This document shows positions 19,501 through 28,578 of a stretch of 64,000 nt of DNA, in pieces (positions within the stretch are counted from its first letter, which is position 1; each line of letters begins with the position of its first letter). Position numbers and translations under genes: made by a program. Under the pieces are notes generated by a model, which was not told the origin of the DNA, ran no database searches, and worked only from the letters and a program-made list of their open reading frames with translations. Location: the IMG/VR virus record IMGVR_UViG_2526164702_000004, positions 1 through 64,000 of that record. One strand, written 5' to 3'. This DNA is from a virus. Taxonomy: Duplodnaviria; Caudoviricetes.

Positions 19501-21688
19501 GAATAATATTTTCGAGTTTTACTTTTTTTGGTAGCACTGATTCTAAAAGATTTTTCTGTTTAGAATACTCTTCTGGACTTAGTGTATCTTTTTCTATTTC
19601 GAGCGTTCTAAGTTTTTCAGTTATATCTCCAGAAGCATAAATAAAATCTGGATATATTTCGTTATTCATTTTCGACATTTTCTGAACATTGAAAACTTGA
19701 GACTCAGGAAGAGAACCAGTAGGTAGTATATTACGGACAATGTCTAGATCAACCCGATCATACTTTTTGCCATATTTCTGAATAAACTCCTCTTGTGTGT
19801 ATAAATCTTTGGGATCGATCTTCCTTTCTGCACCTATCGTGCTTCGAACTGCATTAGATATTTTTTCTTTTGTTTCCCTTTTTTTATTTACCTTCTTTGC
19901 CTCCGATACGGTTTTTAAAACTTGCTTCCCTTTTGCATTCGTATTCCCCACCAAACCTTCAGAAATTGCCGCTTTCTGTTCTTCGCTCATTTCAGATCTT
20001 AGCGGCAAATTGAAATTTAATAAATCAGTAATCTCTCCCTTAACGTAGTCTTCTTCTTTTCCAAATCGATTCTTTCTTTTTTCGACAGAGCCAAAAACAT
20101 GCTCTGGGTTATTTTCAAAGTATTTTCCGGAAAAAGCCAATGAATTATTTTTAGAGTTGGTTGTATTTTTTCTTAAAACAATTATATCCGTTCCAATTTG
20201 AGTATTGCCAAACGCGCCTTCGGGCAAACGGTATGCTTCTAACAATTCTGCTTTATCAAAAATTTGATTTTTCCATTTTTCATTATTTGCATTTAAAAAT
20301 GATTGAGGTACTATAAAAGTAAGGATACCACCTTCTTCTAAGACATCAATCCCACGATTTATAAAATAATGTTCATATCTCTTCCAACCTTTCCCCTCGA
20401 TGGCCTTATATTTTCCTTCCATGGCCCCGTAAGGAGGATTACCGGCTACAAATTGAAATTTCTTTCCCTTATAATTTTCACCGACTGATTGATTTTTGTT
20501 ATTAATAAATAGGGTCTCAAAAGCGTTGTCTGATATATTGGCGTCCGGATATAAGATTCTAGCGATTGCAAAAGCAGTTTTGTCATCTGGGTTATACTCT
20601 AGCATATCCCAGTTATATTTTCCGCCTTTGCCTTCCGCAAACCTACCTATTCCAGCAGAAGGTTCTAGCCCGTTAGCGCCATCTTGCACGTAACGTGACA
20701 GTATATCTTGCATCTTTTCGACAATTTTTCTTGGAGTAAGGAACTGATATAACATTCCTCTATTTGCATCCACCTCATTATTTGTCGTTTGTCCGCCAGA
20801 ACCCTCATATAATCTTAATATATCTTTTTGATCAGAAGTAATTTGATCATGAGGGGTTGTTGATAAAATTCTTTTACATTCTAAATTTATTTCATTTTGT
20901 TTTTTATTATTCCAGAGTCCGCGAAAAGTTTTTAGTCCTTCCACGACCTTAAGGGCAATAGATTCTTCTTTTGTCAGTCGCTCGTTGCTCGAAATTCCTG
21001 ACTCAGATCGACTTCCAGGTTTCCGGCTAGCGAGAGCAGATTTTCCAGAGTTGGCTCCAGACCGTCCACTCTCGCCATTTTGAGAAGGCTCTGAAACACC
21101 CAATTTGGATCCCTTGTCGGTAGGGTTTGATAGCCCGACTCCTTGATTAGATTCATTAATTCTATTTGCATTTCCATTTGATTTTCTATCCCCATAAATA
21201 TCATAAAGTAACTTGAATATTGATTTTTTATATGTAAACTTATCGGTATTTTGATTCGTATTATTTGCGATAAAATTTGTAACTTGATTCGATTCTGATT
21301 TGTTTATTATCGTAGAATTCGTTTTTTTTGCATTCTTTTCTTGATGAAATTTTGCATCAATTTGGGATTTGATTTCAAAATATCTTGTAAAATGTTTAGT
21401 CCATTCTTGTATAGATATTCCTTTTGATTTTATTTTATTCGATTCATACTCTCGTTTTGGAATTGTTTTTGCAATTTTTCTATCCGTTCCAAAAAAATTT
21501 GTTATCGCTTCAAATATTTTGGAGAACCTGTTTTTATCCTCACTATGTTTTTGAACCAACTTCCATTGTTTTGATTTTTGGCCGGAATCTGAAATTTTCC
21601 GATAAATTCCATCCTTACGAATAGATTCCCTTCCTACTTCAAACTTGCGGGCTTTTAAAAAAGTCTGAATAATCTCGTGTTGATTCAT
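16502..21688 (-). CDS. DarB-like N6-adenine methyltransferase / SNF2 helicase fusion
   Basis: LEPSAGIG and GNPPYG (MTase); HEVGLGKT, DEAH, LLSATP and QKRGRHHRPG (SF2). Confidence 0.88.
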   Translation of the reverse strand: MNQHEIIQTFLKARKFEVGRESIRKDGIYRKISDSGQKSKQWKLVQKHSEDKNRFSKIFEAITNFFGTDRKIAKTIPKREYESNKIKSKGISIQEWTKHFTRYFEIKSQIDAKFHQEKNAKKTNSTIINKSESNQVTNFIANNTNQNTDKFTYKKSIFKLLYDIYGDRKSNGNANRINESNQGVGLSNPTDKGSKLGVSEPSQNGESGRSGANSGKSALASRKPGSRSESGISSNERLTKEESIALKVVEGLKTFRGLWNNKKQNEINLECKRILSTTPHDQITSDQKDILRLYEGSGGQTTNNEVDANRGMLYQFLTPRKIVEKMQDILSRYVQDGANGLEPSAGIGRFAEGKGGKYNWDMLEYNPDDKTAFAIARILYPDANISDNAFETLFINNKNQSVGENYKGKKFQFVAGNPPYGAMEGKYKAIEGKGWKRYEHYFINRGIDVLEEGGILTFIVPQSFLNANNEKWKNQIFDKAELLEAYRLPEGAFGNTQIGTDIIVLRKNTTNSKNNSLAFSGKYFENNPEHVFGSVEKRKNRFGKEEDYVKGEITDLLNFNLPLRSEMSEEQKAAISEGLVGNTNAKGKQVLKTVSEAKKVNKKRETKEKISNAVRSTIGAERKIDPKDLYTQEEFIQKYGKKYDRVDLDIVRNILPTGSLPESQVFNVQKMSKMNNEIYPDFIYASGDITEKLRTLEIEKDTLSPEEYSKQKNLLESVLPKKVKLENIILTPIEPFAKGFIFEDNTSLIEKFKKFILGEPIVGRYGKYEGKIIDYKGGLPSEYFTNYTITKSDILAYLSGERVTGRNDVVYDKTTGETTKIETNKLKKKERKEIGNKLFQQFIQESLSNDERADLTKKWNEQYNSVVNIDGSKIPVVLEGMSKLFKGNKQDFRPTQTNFISRFMTQGVGCATHEVGLGKTWTGMASNISAMQSGKCKRPLIIVPTSVLQNWALEFKERFPNVPVQMVGSPELNNLNKSENGFQVEEGVVTIMSYDAFTQFGFSNERYEELTNQVRDQIYNPDNSKEKKREKAQMDEKSNSIVSEAVKGTRSDLLFDKAGFDHITIDEAHNFNNIFVDVASTKGKTENKLKGREDDTGVNEFDGITGGTPSARGIKLWLAARHILEKNNDRNVLLLSATPFTNNPLQIYSLLSIVAKKRMEKMGITNVRDFLGTFVETRYENVIEGNGKVVNKQVVRSFKNAQALQNLISEYFDFQSGDANGVERPNLKMKAITLPLTSEQEQIRNRLESMYDLRDASGGALGGASLVSILSQQMMNISPALVKKGEGEVWNYAGEINPEGDKDIVERSPKLQFIADSLAEFYNQYKKSKPGERIPGQLMFMPKGVEYISKIKQYLMVKHGIPEDAIGVLTSDTKIKKAKDPELAKQGLSRFTEISDQFNSSEHPCKILIGSDVIKEGVSLNNNTIAAYNASIDWNPTTEVQKRGRHHRPGNLQKNVQWIDILMEDSIDSKLYQKQSEKISRINQIFERSGSAAIDVSDINPEELKTEIIRDPKRKAQFVVNEEAAKVRQESKDLRGRSFTLQGIVDEIRELRNLISNEENSLNREKKELKENLEEFNKLKETGRYESYGPHSELGISYQKKTIQDIAAKLAIKKAKLKRNEDNLEKKGLSDLEKAEAEANKLLGESDTLSEKVSEILGNKKEEYIAKFTKELAEKEKNKANESIDAIVKKHVGELLSVAGINEYRKSLALDLEIRNRFTLKRFLKSAC
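20974..21177 (-). CDS. candidate nested +1-frame gene inside the DarB-like gene
   Basis: Protein-like amphipathic peptide (MEMQIELMNLIKESGYQTLPTRDP...EPTLENLLSLA); outer frame is low-complexity S/G/N/R; GGGGA SD-like site upstream. Confidence 0.45.
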   Translation of the reverse strand: MEMQIELMNLIKESGYQTLPTRDPNWVFQSLLKMARVDGLEPTLENLLSLAGNLEVDLSQEFRATSD

Positions 21689-21696
21689 ACGAAAAG

Positions 21697-21727
21697 CGAC
21701 AAATTATAGATTATTTTTACTTTGCAA
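21697..21727 (-). promoter_or_regulatory. putative late promoter TTGCAA-N19-TTGTCG
   Basis: Conserved geometry; 8 nt before the DarB-like ATG. Confidence 0.6.
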
Positions 21728-21734
21728 TAATAAT

Positions 21735-22880
21735 TTAATGCGAAATACCAGGGATTATTTCAGAAAGATCAAGTTCAGTTTGATCTAGTCTTGCAACCCA
21801 TTCTCTAGGTTGTATCCTATCTGCTAATGCTGATAGTTTAGTTGAGGGCAAAATCTTAAATTTTGGATTAAATCCGTAAACTATAGATATTTGTTCTGGT
21901 AGGAATTTTTCATTCAATTTTAAGAATCTAAATTTCTCTATAGAGTAGTCAAAATATTCTTTTTCTTGGGAGTGTATTGAGTATATTTCTCTTACGGGTG
22001 TATACTTTATAGGATAAAACCCATCCTTATTTCTTTTGCAAATTTCTTTTTCGGTCATTAACGAATTCAATAAGATAATCAAATCGTCTTTTGCAAAGTT
22101 TGTTGTAGACCCTACGACAACATCAAGGTCACCTATTTGCAAATCTATTCCTGATTTTCCTAATCTTCGATCCTTTGCTTCAATCATTCGGTATCCGATT
22201 TTGATAGGGGAAAATGAATCTAAGGTCATTTTGAAAACTGTCCCAATCGAGGATATATCCTTTATATATAGATTTACCAAATCATGCCTGAAATCTGGAA
22301 GTAGAGTGAATGTCTGCTCAGATGGTCTTTTTCGCCAAATTGCTTTTACATTAGTTACCAACTTATTCGGAAATAATTCGAAGTTTATTATGTTTCCATC
22401 AAGTTTTTGGATCACAGTAATACTTTCATCCTCGTCAATAACGGAAATTTCATAATCACATCGAACTAGCATATAGGATTCGAATTCTCTTTCCGGAAAA
22501 ATTCTAATCCTGTTTCCATCAATCTCTTCAACTTTTAATTCAAAGTTTCCACCTTCTTCTTCCGAACGAACTACGTATAATTTACGGATTTTTTTTATCG
22601 GTCCATAACGAGTATATAAATCGTTTCCATCGAATTGCTGATTTTGTAAGTCTTCTAATGGTACTCTAAACGTTTTATCAATCCGATAAAATATTCCATC
22701 TGCACCTGGTAGTGCCATTAGTTGCTGACTGTTGGCACTAGGGTTCGGAAAAGATCTTAACCAAATAACCGGTTCCCCTTGCCTTTGTATTAAATCGTCA
22801 GGTGGGTTTGGATTGAATGTAGAGGGGCCAATCTCTACTTTAAAGGTATTACCTCCAGTTTTAAGAAACTCACGCCCCAT
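21735..22880 (-). CDS. putative neck/head closure protein
   Basis: IQRQGEPVIWLRS start; structural context. Confidence 0.4.
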   Translation of the reverse strand: MGREFLKTGGNTFKVEIGPSTFNPNPPDDLIQRQGEPVIWLRSFPNPSANSQQLMALPGADGIFYRIDKTFRVPLEDLQNQQFDGNDLYTRYGPIKKIRKLYVVRSEEEGGNFELKVEEIDGNRIRIFPEREFESYMLVRCDYEISVIDEDESITVIQKLDGNIINFELFPNKLVTNVKAIWRKRPSEQTFTLLPDFRHDLVNLYIKDISSIGTVFKMTLDSFSPIKIGYRMIEAKDRRLGKSGIDLQIGDLDVVVGSTTNFAKDDLIILLNSLMTEKEICKRNKDGFYPIKYTPVREIYSIHSQEKEYFDYSIEKFRFLKLNEKFLPEQISIVYGFNPKFKILPSTKLSALADRIQPREWVARLDQTELDLSEIIPGISH

Positions 22881-23091
22881 ATTTGTAAAATGGTCCTGCT
22901 AATTGATATTCTTGATTTTCAGCATAATTTTTTACTTCGTAATAATTTTTGGATTCATAAATTAGAAGTGAATCAGAACATCTTCTAAGTGTATAGTACT
23001 GCTCATCAAAGCAAAGTTCAAAATTTAGAATGCGAGTAATGACAACTTTTTTTATCGCAGACTCAATGTAATAAAGATTTGTTAATTCCAT
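22870..23091 (-). CDS. hypothetical protein
   Basis: 73-aa ORF with GAAGGGA SD. Confidence 0.45.
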   Translation of the reverse strand: MELTNLYYIESAIKKVVITRILNFELCFDEQYYTLRRCSDSLLIYESKNYYEVKNYAENQEYQLAGPFYKYGA

Positions 23092-23135
23092 TTTTCCCTT
23101 CGGATTTTTTATTTAATCTAACTCACTCATAGACA

Positions 23136-24161
23136 TTACATCATCCTTCGGCCTTTTGTAAAAATCGCGTAATTGATTCCACTTTCTACTAATGCAGAAA
23201 TTCTCCCCGCATTAAAAGCCATTGACGCCTCCGTCCAAGCAAAGCGCCGGAAGTTTCTGTTCAGCCTAAGAGTTAAAAGAGACGACTCACTTCCATCGAG
23301 TATTTTAAGATATTCGTCTTCCGATATTTTACCTTTTTCTACGAGTTCAAACAAATCAGGGTAGGCCATTTCTGACTGTAACCGCTCAATAGTTTTCCCT
23401 TCACCGATTGCGGCTGAAATCATGTTTCGATACATCAGAGATAAATATTCAAAAGGCTTACCACCTCGAACCGGATCCCCCTGTGAATCTTGCATGACAT
23501 TTCCATTTTCATCGCGTTGATAGATCGCGATCCATTCGGAACCATGACTCTTTGCATACTCAGCAGCCAACTCTCTTTCTCGACTTTTTGAAATGATTTT
23601 TTCAAAAGATTGCCGATCTTCTAATCCAAATCCAAGTTTGTATTTCAGAGCGCGATCATAATCTTCAATCCCCATTTCGTCGATCGTTTCGATCGGTAAT
23701 TTCAGGGATCCGCTCAAATACCCCGAAAGATACCCTAAAAAAGTTCCCGATTCTCCGATTTGTTTATAAACTGGATTCCAATCCCTTTCTAAATATTCAA
23801 AAAGCCATTTATCAAATTCTGATTCAGATGCTTCTTGGCTGATCTCGTTATCTTTTCCAATTTTAATAAACGGGGGACGGTCTTCGGGGAATTTTTTTTC
23901 AAAAATTCCTGGGAAATATTTTCCGATCGTTTTCTTACCCCATGAAAATATTCCTTTGCGAAAAAAAGTTTTTGAAGCGTAAATATCTGGATATTTAGGA
24001 CCTAATACACAAAATTCCAACCACTTCAATCGGTCTCCAACAAGTAGTTGGAATTCGCGTCCCGCACGGCCTCTTAAAAAAGGACTTTCAGTCTGCCAAT
24101 TCTGCAAAAAACGAATCAATTGCTGAAGACCAGAGTGATAATTTAGTTTTCTTATCTGCAC
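23136..24161 (-). CDS. head morphogenesis (Mu gpF-like) protein; start uncertain
   Basis: RNFRRFAWTEASMAFNAG motif; downstream of portal. Confidence 0.55.
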   Translation of the reverse strand: MQIRKLNYHSGLQQLIRFLQNWQTESPFLRGRAGREFQLLVGDRLKWLEFCVLGPKYPDIYASKTFFRKGIFSWGKKTIGKYFPGIFEKKFPEDRPPFIKIGKDNEISQEASESEFDKWLFEYLERDWNPVYKQIGESGTFLGYLSGYLSGSLKLPIETIDEMGIEDYDRALKYKLGFGLEDRQSFEKIISKSRERELAAEYAKSHGSEWIAIYQRDENGNVMQDSQGDPVRGGKPFEYLSLMYRNMISAAIGEGKTIERLQSEMAYPDLFELVEKGKISEDEYLKILDGSESSLLTLRLNRNFRRFAWTEASMAFNAGRISALVESGINYAIFTKGRRMM

Positions 24162-24588
24162 CTTGATGCAGGATTCCTTCGATCGCGCTGCTAAGCCTAT
24201 CGTATTTTTCTGTATGCACAGTTTTGATAATTTTTTCCGCTAACTCGTTCCACTCTTCAACTGTAAACTTTTCAGTTTCTATGCCCTTCGAAGCAAACAA
24301 ATCAATTACGCCCGAAATATTGCTTTTGACTCCTCTATTTGCCGTGAGTAGCATTTGGAGAATGCTATCGTATAATTCCGATTTTTTTAAATCAGACAAT
24401 CCGTCTATAATCGGTTGCAAAAATCCTTTTACCTCCTCAGAGCTTTCTCCCAAGGTACGATCTTGATTCTTTACTGGAGGAGGGGCTTTGTCCTCTTCTT
24501 CACTTGGAATCACTGGAGGAGGAATTGGATTTTTATTTTCTTCTACCAGATCCGTTTGTTCTTTATCTTGTGTATTGACTTCTGACAT
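24088..24588 (-). CDS. hypothetical protein after portal
   Basis: AGGTG SD; Pro/acidic N-terminus. Confidence 0.55.
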   Translation of the reverse strand: MSEVNTQDKEQTDLVEENKNPIPPPVIPSEEEDKAPPPVKNQDRTLGESSEEVKGFLQPIIDGLSDLKKSELYDSILQMLLTANRGVKSNISGVIDLFASKGIETEKFTVEEWNELAEKIIKTVHTEKYDRLSSAIEGILHQGADKKTKLSLWSSAIDSFFAELAD

Positions 24589-24639
24589 TTTATATCACCT
24601 TATTTTTTTTACTCTTTTATGAGTGCATTATATTATATA

Positions 24640-26418
24640 TTATTGAGATTCCGTTTCTGCATTTGGAGTAATAAAGTCGTCATCATCCCAAGGTAATTCT
24701 TCGTTTATATCGGAACCTAAGTTTGAATTCCCGTCTGAAGGATTATCTGATGATATAGGGGGTTGGCCAAATTGAGATCCGTTTCCCAAAATTTTACTAA
24801 ACTCTGCTGCAAAATAAGGATTCCCAATCAACATGCCCATTTGAGCAAATTTTTTAGCTTGGTCATCTGATATTACTCCACTTACTTTATAGTTATTTGC
24901 AAGTTCCTGCATTGTTGGCTTGTCTTCAGCTTTTAAAATATCATCAAGAGTTCTAAAAGTTTTAAATTGCTTATCGTAAAGATCAGCTTTTTTTGCGGAC
25001 TCGTCGACCTTAACCCCATTAAAAATTAATTTATAAAGCGAATCATCTTGTGGATCATGTACTTCGTTCAAACAGTCTCGATGAAATGCCATGAGAGATC
25101 CATGCGAACGATCTCTTGCGAAATGTTGCCTTCCGTCAACGGAGGGTTCCGAAAGTGTTGTGGATTGATTGAGTTTAAGCCCTATTTGTGCAGGATCAAT
25201 TCCGTATCGCGCACAAATTAAAGACGCGGTCATCTGTAAGAGTTTATCAAATTCAAAATCGTCATTTACCTCTAAGTTATGCACTTGGATTTTCCCCGCA
25301 CCAAAAAGCATCGGAAGTCTAAATCCACCTCTAGACCCAAAATAGGCATTCTCCCATTCCAGTTCTAATCTTTCTTGGTCTGCTTTTGTTATGCTTCCCT
25401 CGCTTGTTATCAAAGCGCGAGGAGGGTTCCTTGAGTTAAATCGATCGGCATTATGTTTAATGACAAAAATCAAAGACATGATTTCTAGAATACATGATTC
25501 AATCGGACTAATTCCGAACCCACGAAACCTAACGTCCGATATATTGTTTTTATGACGCAAAACGATTCGGCCAGCTTCATAAACTTCAGTAACTTGATTG
25601 CGGATCATCTGGACATGAGTAATTTTTTTATCACCCTTATAGCCCTTCTTTGGATCGACACGGAAAATTGTCGCTGGATCAAGATAAGTAATATCAATCA
25701 ATTCGTTACGTCTGTTATAAGTCCTTTGATAGGCGACAGTATCAATTGCAAGAACATCCCTTGTAGCCATTTCAAGTACTTCGCCTAGACGTTCTCGTTC
25801 CCGCCACGTCGGGAGAGATTTGTCACCCATGAGTAACATCAAATGCCCAAGATCATTCATTTTAACCTTATCTTCAGGCGAAGGTGACTTTGATTTTTCT
25901 TTCATCCCGATTGAGAATCCAGGATCCTCGTCAAGATCACAATACATCGAAACATCATCGGAAAGGATTTGGTGAATAGAGCCTATTAAAGAGGACGAAT
26001 ATCCAATGTCCCTAAGATCAAAAGGATCTGGTCTAAAAACTGGTCTGCACCGAATACCCTGTGACAATAGAACATACTGGTCATCAATATAAATCGGATC
26101 CTTTGCATCTTTCTGGGCTCGCAAAAGATCGTACATTCGATTATTTAAATTTATTGCCTGATCAACCGTTGTACGAGTCGGCCCGTAAAAACTACTTTTG
26201 CGAAACGTGGAAAGATCCATGTGCTGAGGATCTGTTTCTTCTTTTGGTGCGTTTGAATTGGCTGGAGCAGCTTTACCTTTTACTTCTTTCTCACCATCAC
26301 GGTATTCTTTTGGCGTCCTGTAATATAGATTTTTTTCGTAATTTGTTCCGCGAGGTCGTGCCACGAAGAGGGGACAATTGGTTAACGTTTGAGAATATTG
26401 CAAACCTTTTTTGTTCAC
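24640..26418 (-). CDS. portal protein
   Basis: YLDPATIF, GFGISPIE, NPPRALI and ICARYGIDPAQIG; follows terminase. Confidence 0.88.
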   Translation of the reverse strand: MNKKGLQYSQTLTNCPLFVARPRGTNYEKNLYYRTPKEYRDGEKEVKGKAAPANSNAPKEETDPQHMDLSTFRKSSFYGPTRTTVDQAINLNNRMYDLLRAQKDAKDPIYIDDQYVLLSQGIRCRPVFRPDPFDLRDIGYSSSLIGSIHQILSDDVSMYCDLDEDPGFSIGMKEKSKSPSPEDKVKMNDLGHLMLLMGDKSLPTWRERERLGEVLEMATRDVLAIDTVAYQRTYNRRNELIDITYLDPATIFRVDPKKGYKGDKKITHVQMIRNQVTEVYEAGRIVLRHKNNISDVRFRGFGISPIESCILEIMSLIFVIKHNADRFNSRNPPRALITSEGSITKADQERLELEWENAYFGSRGGFRLPMLFGAGKIQVHNLEVNDDFEFDKLLQMTASLICARYGIDPAQIGLKLNQSTTLSEPSVDGRQHFARDRSHGSLMAFHRDCLNEVHDPQDDSLYKLIFNGVKVDESAKKADLYDKQFKTFRTLDDILKAEDKPTMQELANNYKVSGVISDDQAKKFAQMGMLIGNPYFAAEFSKILGNGSQFGQPPISSDNPSDGNSNLGSDINEELPWDDDDFITPNAETESQ

Positions 26419-26522
26419 AGAATTCTAATTTTCGAAGAGTTTTCAAATTATTTGAAAATGGTTTGAAAACAATTAAATTTATTTTCAGTATATTCTAAGA
26501 GTTTTAATATTTGTGAGGAAAA

Positions 26523-26804
26523 TTGGAAGAAAGTGGCCAGAGAATTCAAAGCGATACCGATTTTAGAATATTAAAGAAGATACTCTGTTTATTCGTAAAA
26601 TTGGAGGAAGATTATGTAGGGCACAGATTAAACTTATATCTCCGATTTCATTATGTGCGCCGAGAGCAAATGGAAATCAGAATTGAATTTGAAACTAGAG
26701 GATTAAAAAAATGGACTAACTACGTTTGCGCATTTGAGAGTTTTTACAACGATGATTTCGACAAAAAGCTTCAAGTGCAGATCGAATTAATTTTGGCCAA
26801 ATGA
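26523..26804 (+). CDS. hypothetical protein inserted between terminase and portal
   Basis: 93-aa ORF filling the intergenic gap; GAGG SD. Confidence 0.4.
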   Translation: MEESGQRIQSDTDFRILKKILCLFVKLEEDYVGHRLNLYLRFHYVRREQMEIRIEFETRGLKKWTNYVCAFESFYNDDFDKKLQVQIELILAK

Positions 26805-26844
26805 TAAAATAAGTTTTTGATTTATATATACTTAGAAAATGATA

Positions 26845-28578
26845 TTAGAATCCACGACGCTTCAACTGGTCCCTACGTAATTGATCTAAACTTTTTGCAA
26901 TGTAATTATTATTGCTTTCATTCTGATTGTATTTCTGAGATAACATAATTGCACCCGACCTTTGTTCTGCTGTAAGGAAGGATACAGAATTTCTAAGTTC
27001 GTGTACAATCAATCGATAAGCCATTTGCGTCGCGTCCGGCCCGTCTTTCTTTTTATACGGAAATTCCTCAAATTGCTCTCGAAGGATTGTCGAATCCTCC
27101 CGAAGTAAAAGTTGTCCAGTTGCAATTGGAACCTGGAGGGTTCCCTCGATGCGTCTGTCTTTATCGCCACGGTTATCTATATCAACAACTGGAACTATTA
27201 TCTTATTAGCAAGAGTCAGACCCAATTCATTGTTTTCCAAAGAGCAAAGTTCATTCCAGTCTTCTAGGTGTTCTTTAAAACCAAATAAAAAGTGTTCTTG
27301 CCCACCGTTAGTTTCGATTCCTGCTATATCCCACGGAAACGCTTGTAATGCCCGTATGAAGTCTTTTTGAATTTGGTCTGGAAGTCGCCGCTGAATATCA
27401 GAATAGAGTTCGTAAAACTTACCGGAAGGTGATAGTCCAAGGCCGACTATCGCTGAAAAATCGGATCTCTCCGTTTTGCCAAGTGATAAGTCAAGAGCCA
27501 AGGCTAATTGCCAACCAGCAAAAGATTCGGGCCGTTCGAATTTCCAGGTCTGCACAAGTCCCTTAAATTTTTGACCGACTTCTGGAAGAGGGTCGTTTTG
27601 TCTCTCTTGGGCAAAAGTAACAGGATCTTCGTCTCGTTCTATTCGAAGTAAATCAATAGGAGCGCCTTCTGGCCAAGACGATCTTTCCGTACCATCTTGA
27701 TCTGTTATTAAGGCTTTGTATTTTTTTCGGATCCAGGTCTTGTAACGATCCGACTTAAATACGTATTCGCCTACACAATTAGGCGCAATAGTAGTGTAAG
27801 ACAGGATAACATCAATGCCCCAAACGGTCCCAAGTTTTAATGCCGCTCGTTCAAACCAACGATATTTTCGGATCATTGTTGATTCAGAAACTACGTCCTT
27901 CTCTTCGTCCGGATCATCAAGGAGTAGAGCGTCCGGCCTTATATTTTTGTGTCTTTTGCCTCGGATTGCATTACCCCAACCCTTTGCAATGATGCGGAAC
28001 CCTCCATTAAAAACTAGATCGAAGTCAGACCAGGAAACGTTTTGTCCCTTAATATCTTTTTTAGGTAGTAACTCCGGATAGTCGTTTGCAAGTTCGGCAT
28101 TATCCTCAGACTCTTCCTGTATTTTTCGCAAAAACTCTTTTGCCTGTTCGAGTGTTGATGATACTAGTATTGGAAATTTCCAAGTGCCAGTAAGAACAAG
28201 CCAGAGGGCACCGCAAAGAGTAAGTATAGTTGACTTCCCAAATCCACGTGATAAAGCGACAAGGGACCTTAAAGGGATTCGGTTTTTAGAACCGTCTACG
28301 TTTTTAAATGATCGATAACTTTGGATAAGATGGACCAACTCCATTTGTTGTTCGCCAAACCGCATCGGAAAGTAATGAGGAAAGTAATGTTTACAAAAAA
28401 ATTGGAATGATCCTTTTTTACCAGTCGCTCGTTTTCTACAGATATTTTTTTTTCTGTTAATGCCAAACGTTTTGGATCTAAGTCTTTCGGTTACATTTTT
28501 TACCGCTTCCGCAAGTATTGCAGGATCCACTTTTGCGTACGGAGTTCCTTCAAGCAATTTTGTTGGTTCGAATTTCAT
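26845..28578 (-). CDS. terL: terminase large subunit
   Basis: SRGFGKS Walker A, LLLDD Walker B; nuclease LALDLS, GIETNG and KKDGPDA. Confidence 0.93.
   Translation of the reverse strand: MKFEPTKLLEGTPYAKVDPAILAEAVKNVTERLRSKTFGINRKKNICRKRATGKKGSFQFFCKHYFPHYFPMRFGEQQMELVHLIQSYRSFKNVDGSKNRIPLRSLVALSRGFGKSTILTLCGALWLVLTGTWKFPILVSSTLEQAKEFLRKIQEESEDNAELANDYPELLPKKDIKGQNVSWSDFDLVFNGGFRIIAKGWGNAIRGKRHKNIRPDALLLDDPDEEKDVVSESTMIRKYRWFERAALKLGTVWGIDVILSYTTIAPNCVGEYVFKSDRYKTWIRKKYKALITDQDGTERSSWPEGAPIDLLRIERDEDPVTFAQERQNDPLPEVGQKFKGLVQTWKFERPESFAGWQLALALDLSLGKTERSDFSAIVGLGLSPSGKFYELYSDIQRRLPDQIQKDFIRALQAFPWDIAGIETNGGQEHFLFGFKEHLEDWNELCSLENNELGLTLANKIIVPVVDIDNRGDKDRRIEGTLQVPIATGQLLLREDSTILREQFEEFPYKKKDGPDATQMAYRLIVHELRNSVSFLTAEQRSGAIMLSQKYNQNESNNNYIAKSLDQLRRDQLKRRGF

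Noticed and set aside
16653-20693. Several + strand ORFs inside the DarB-like gene
   Set aside because: Antisense shadows of a long coding region
26061-26498. 145-aa + strand ORF
   Set aside because: Antisense to the portal 5' end; no SD and no protein-like features
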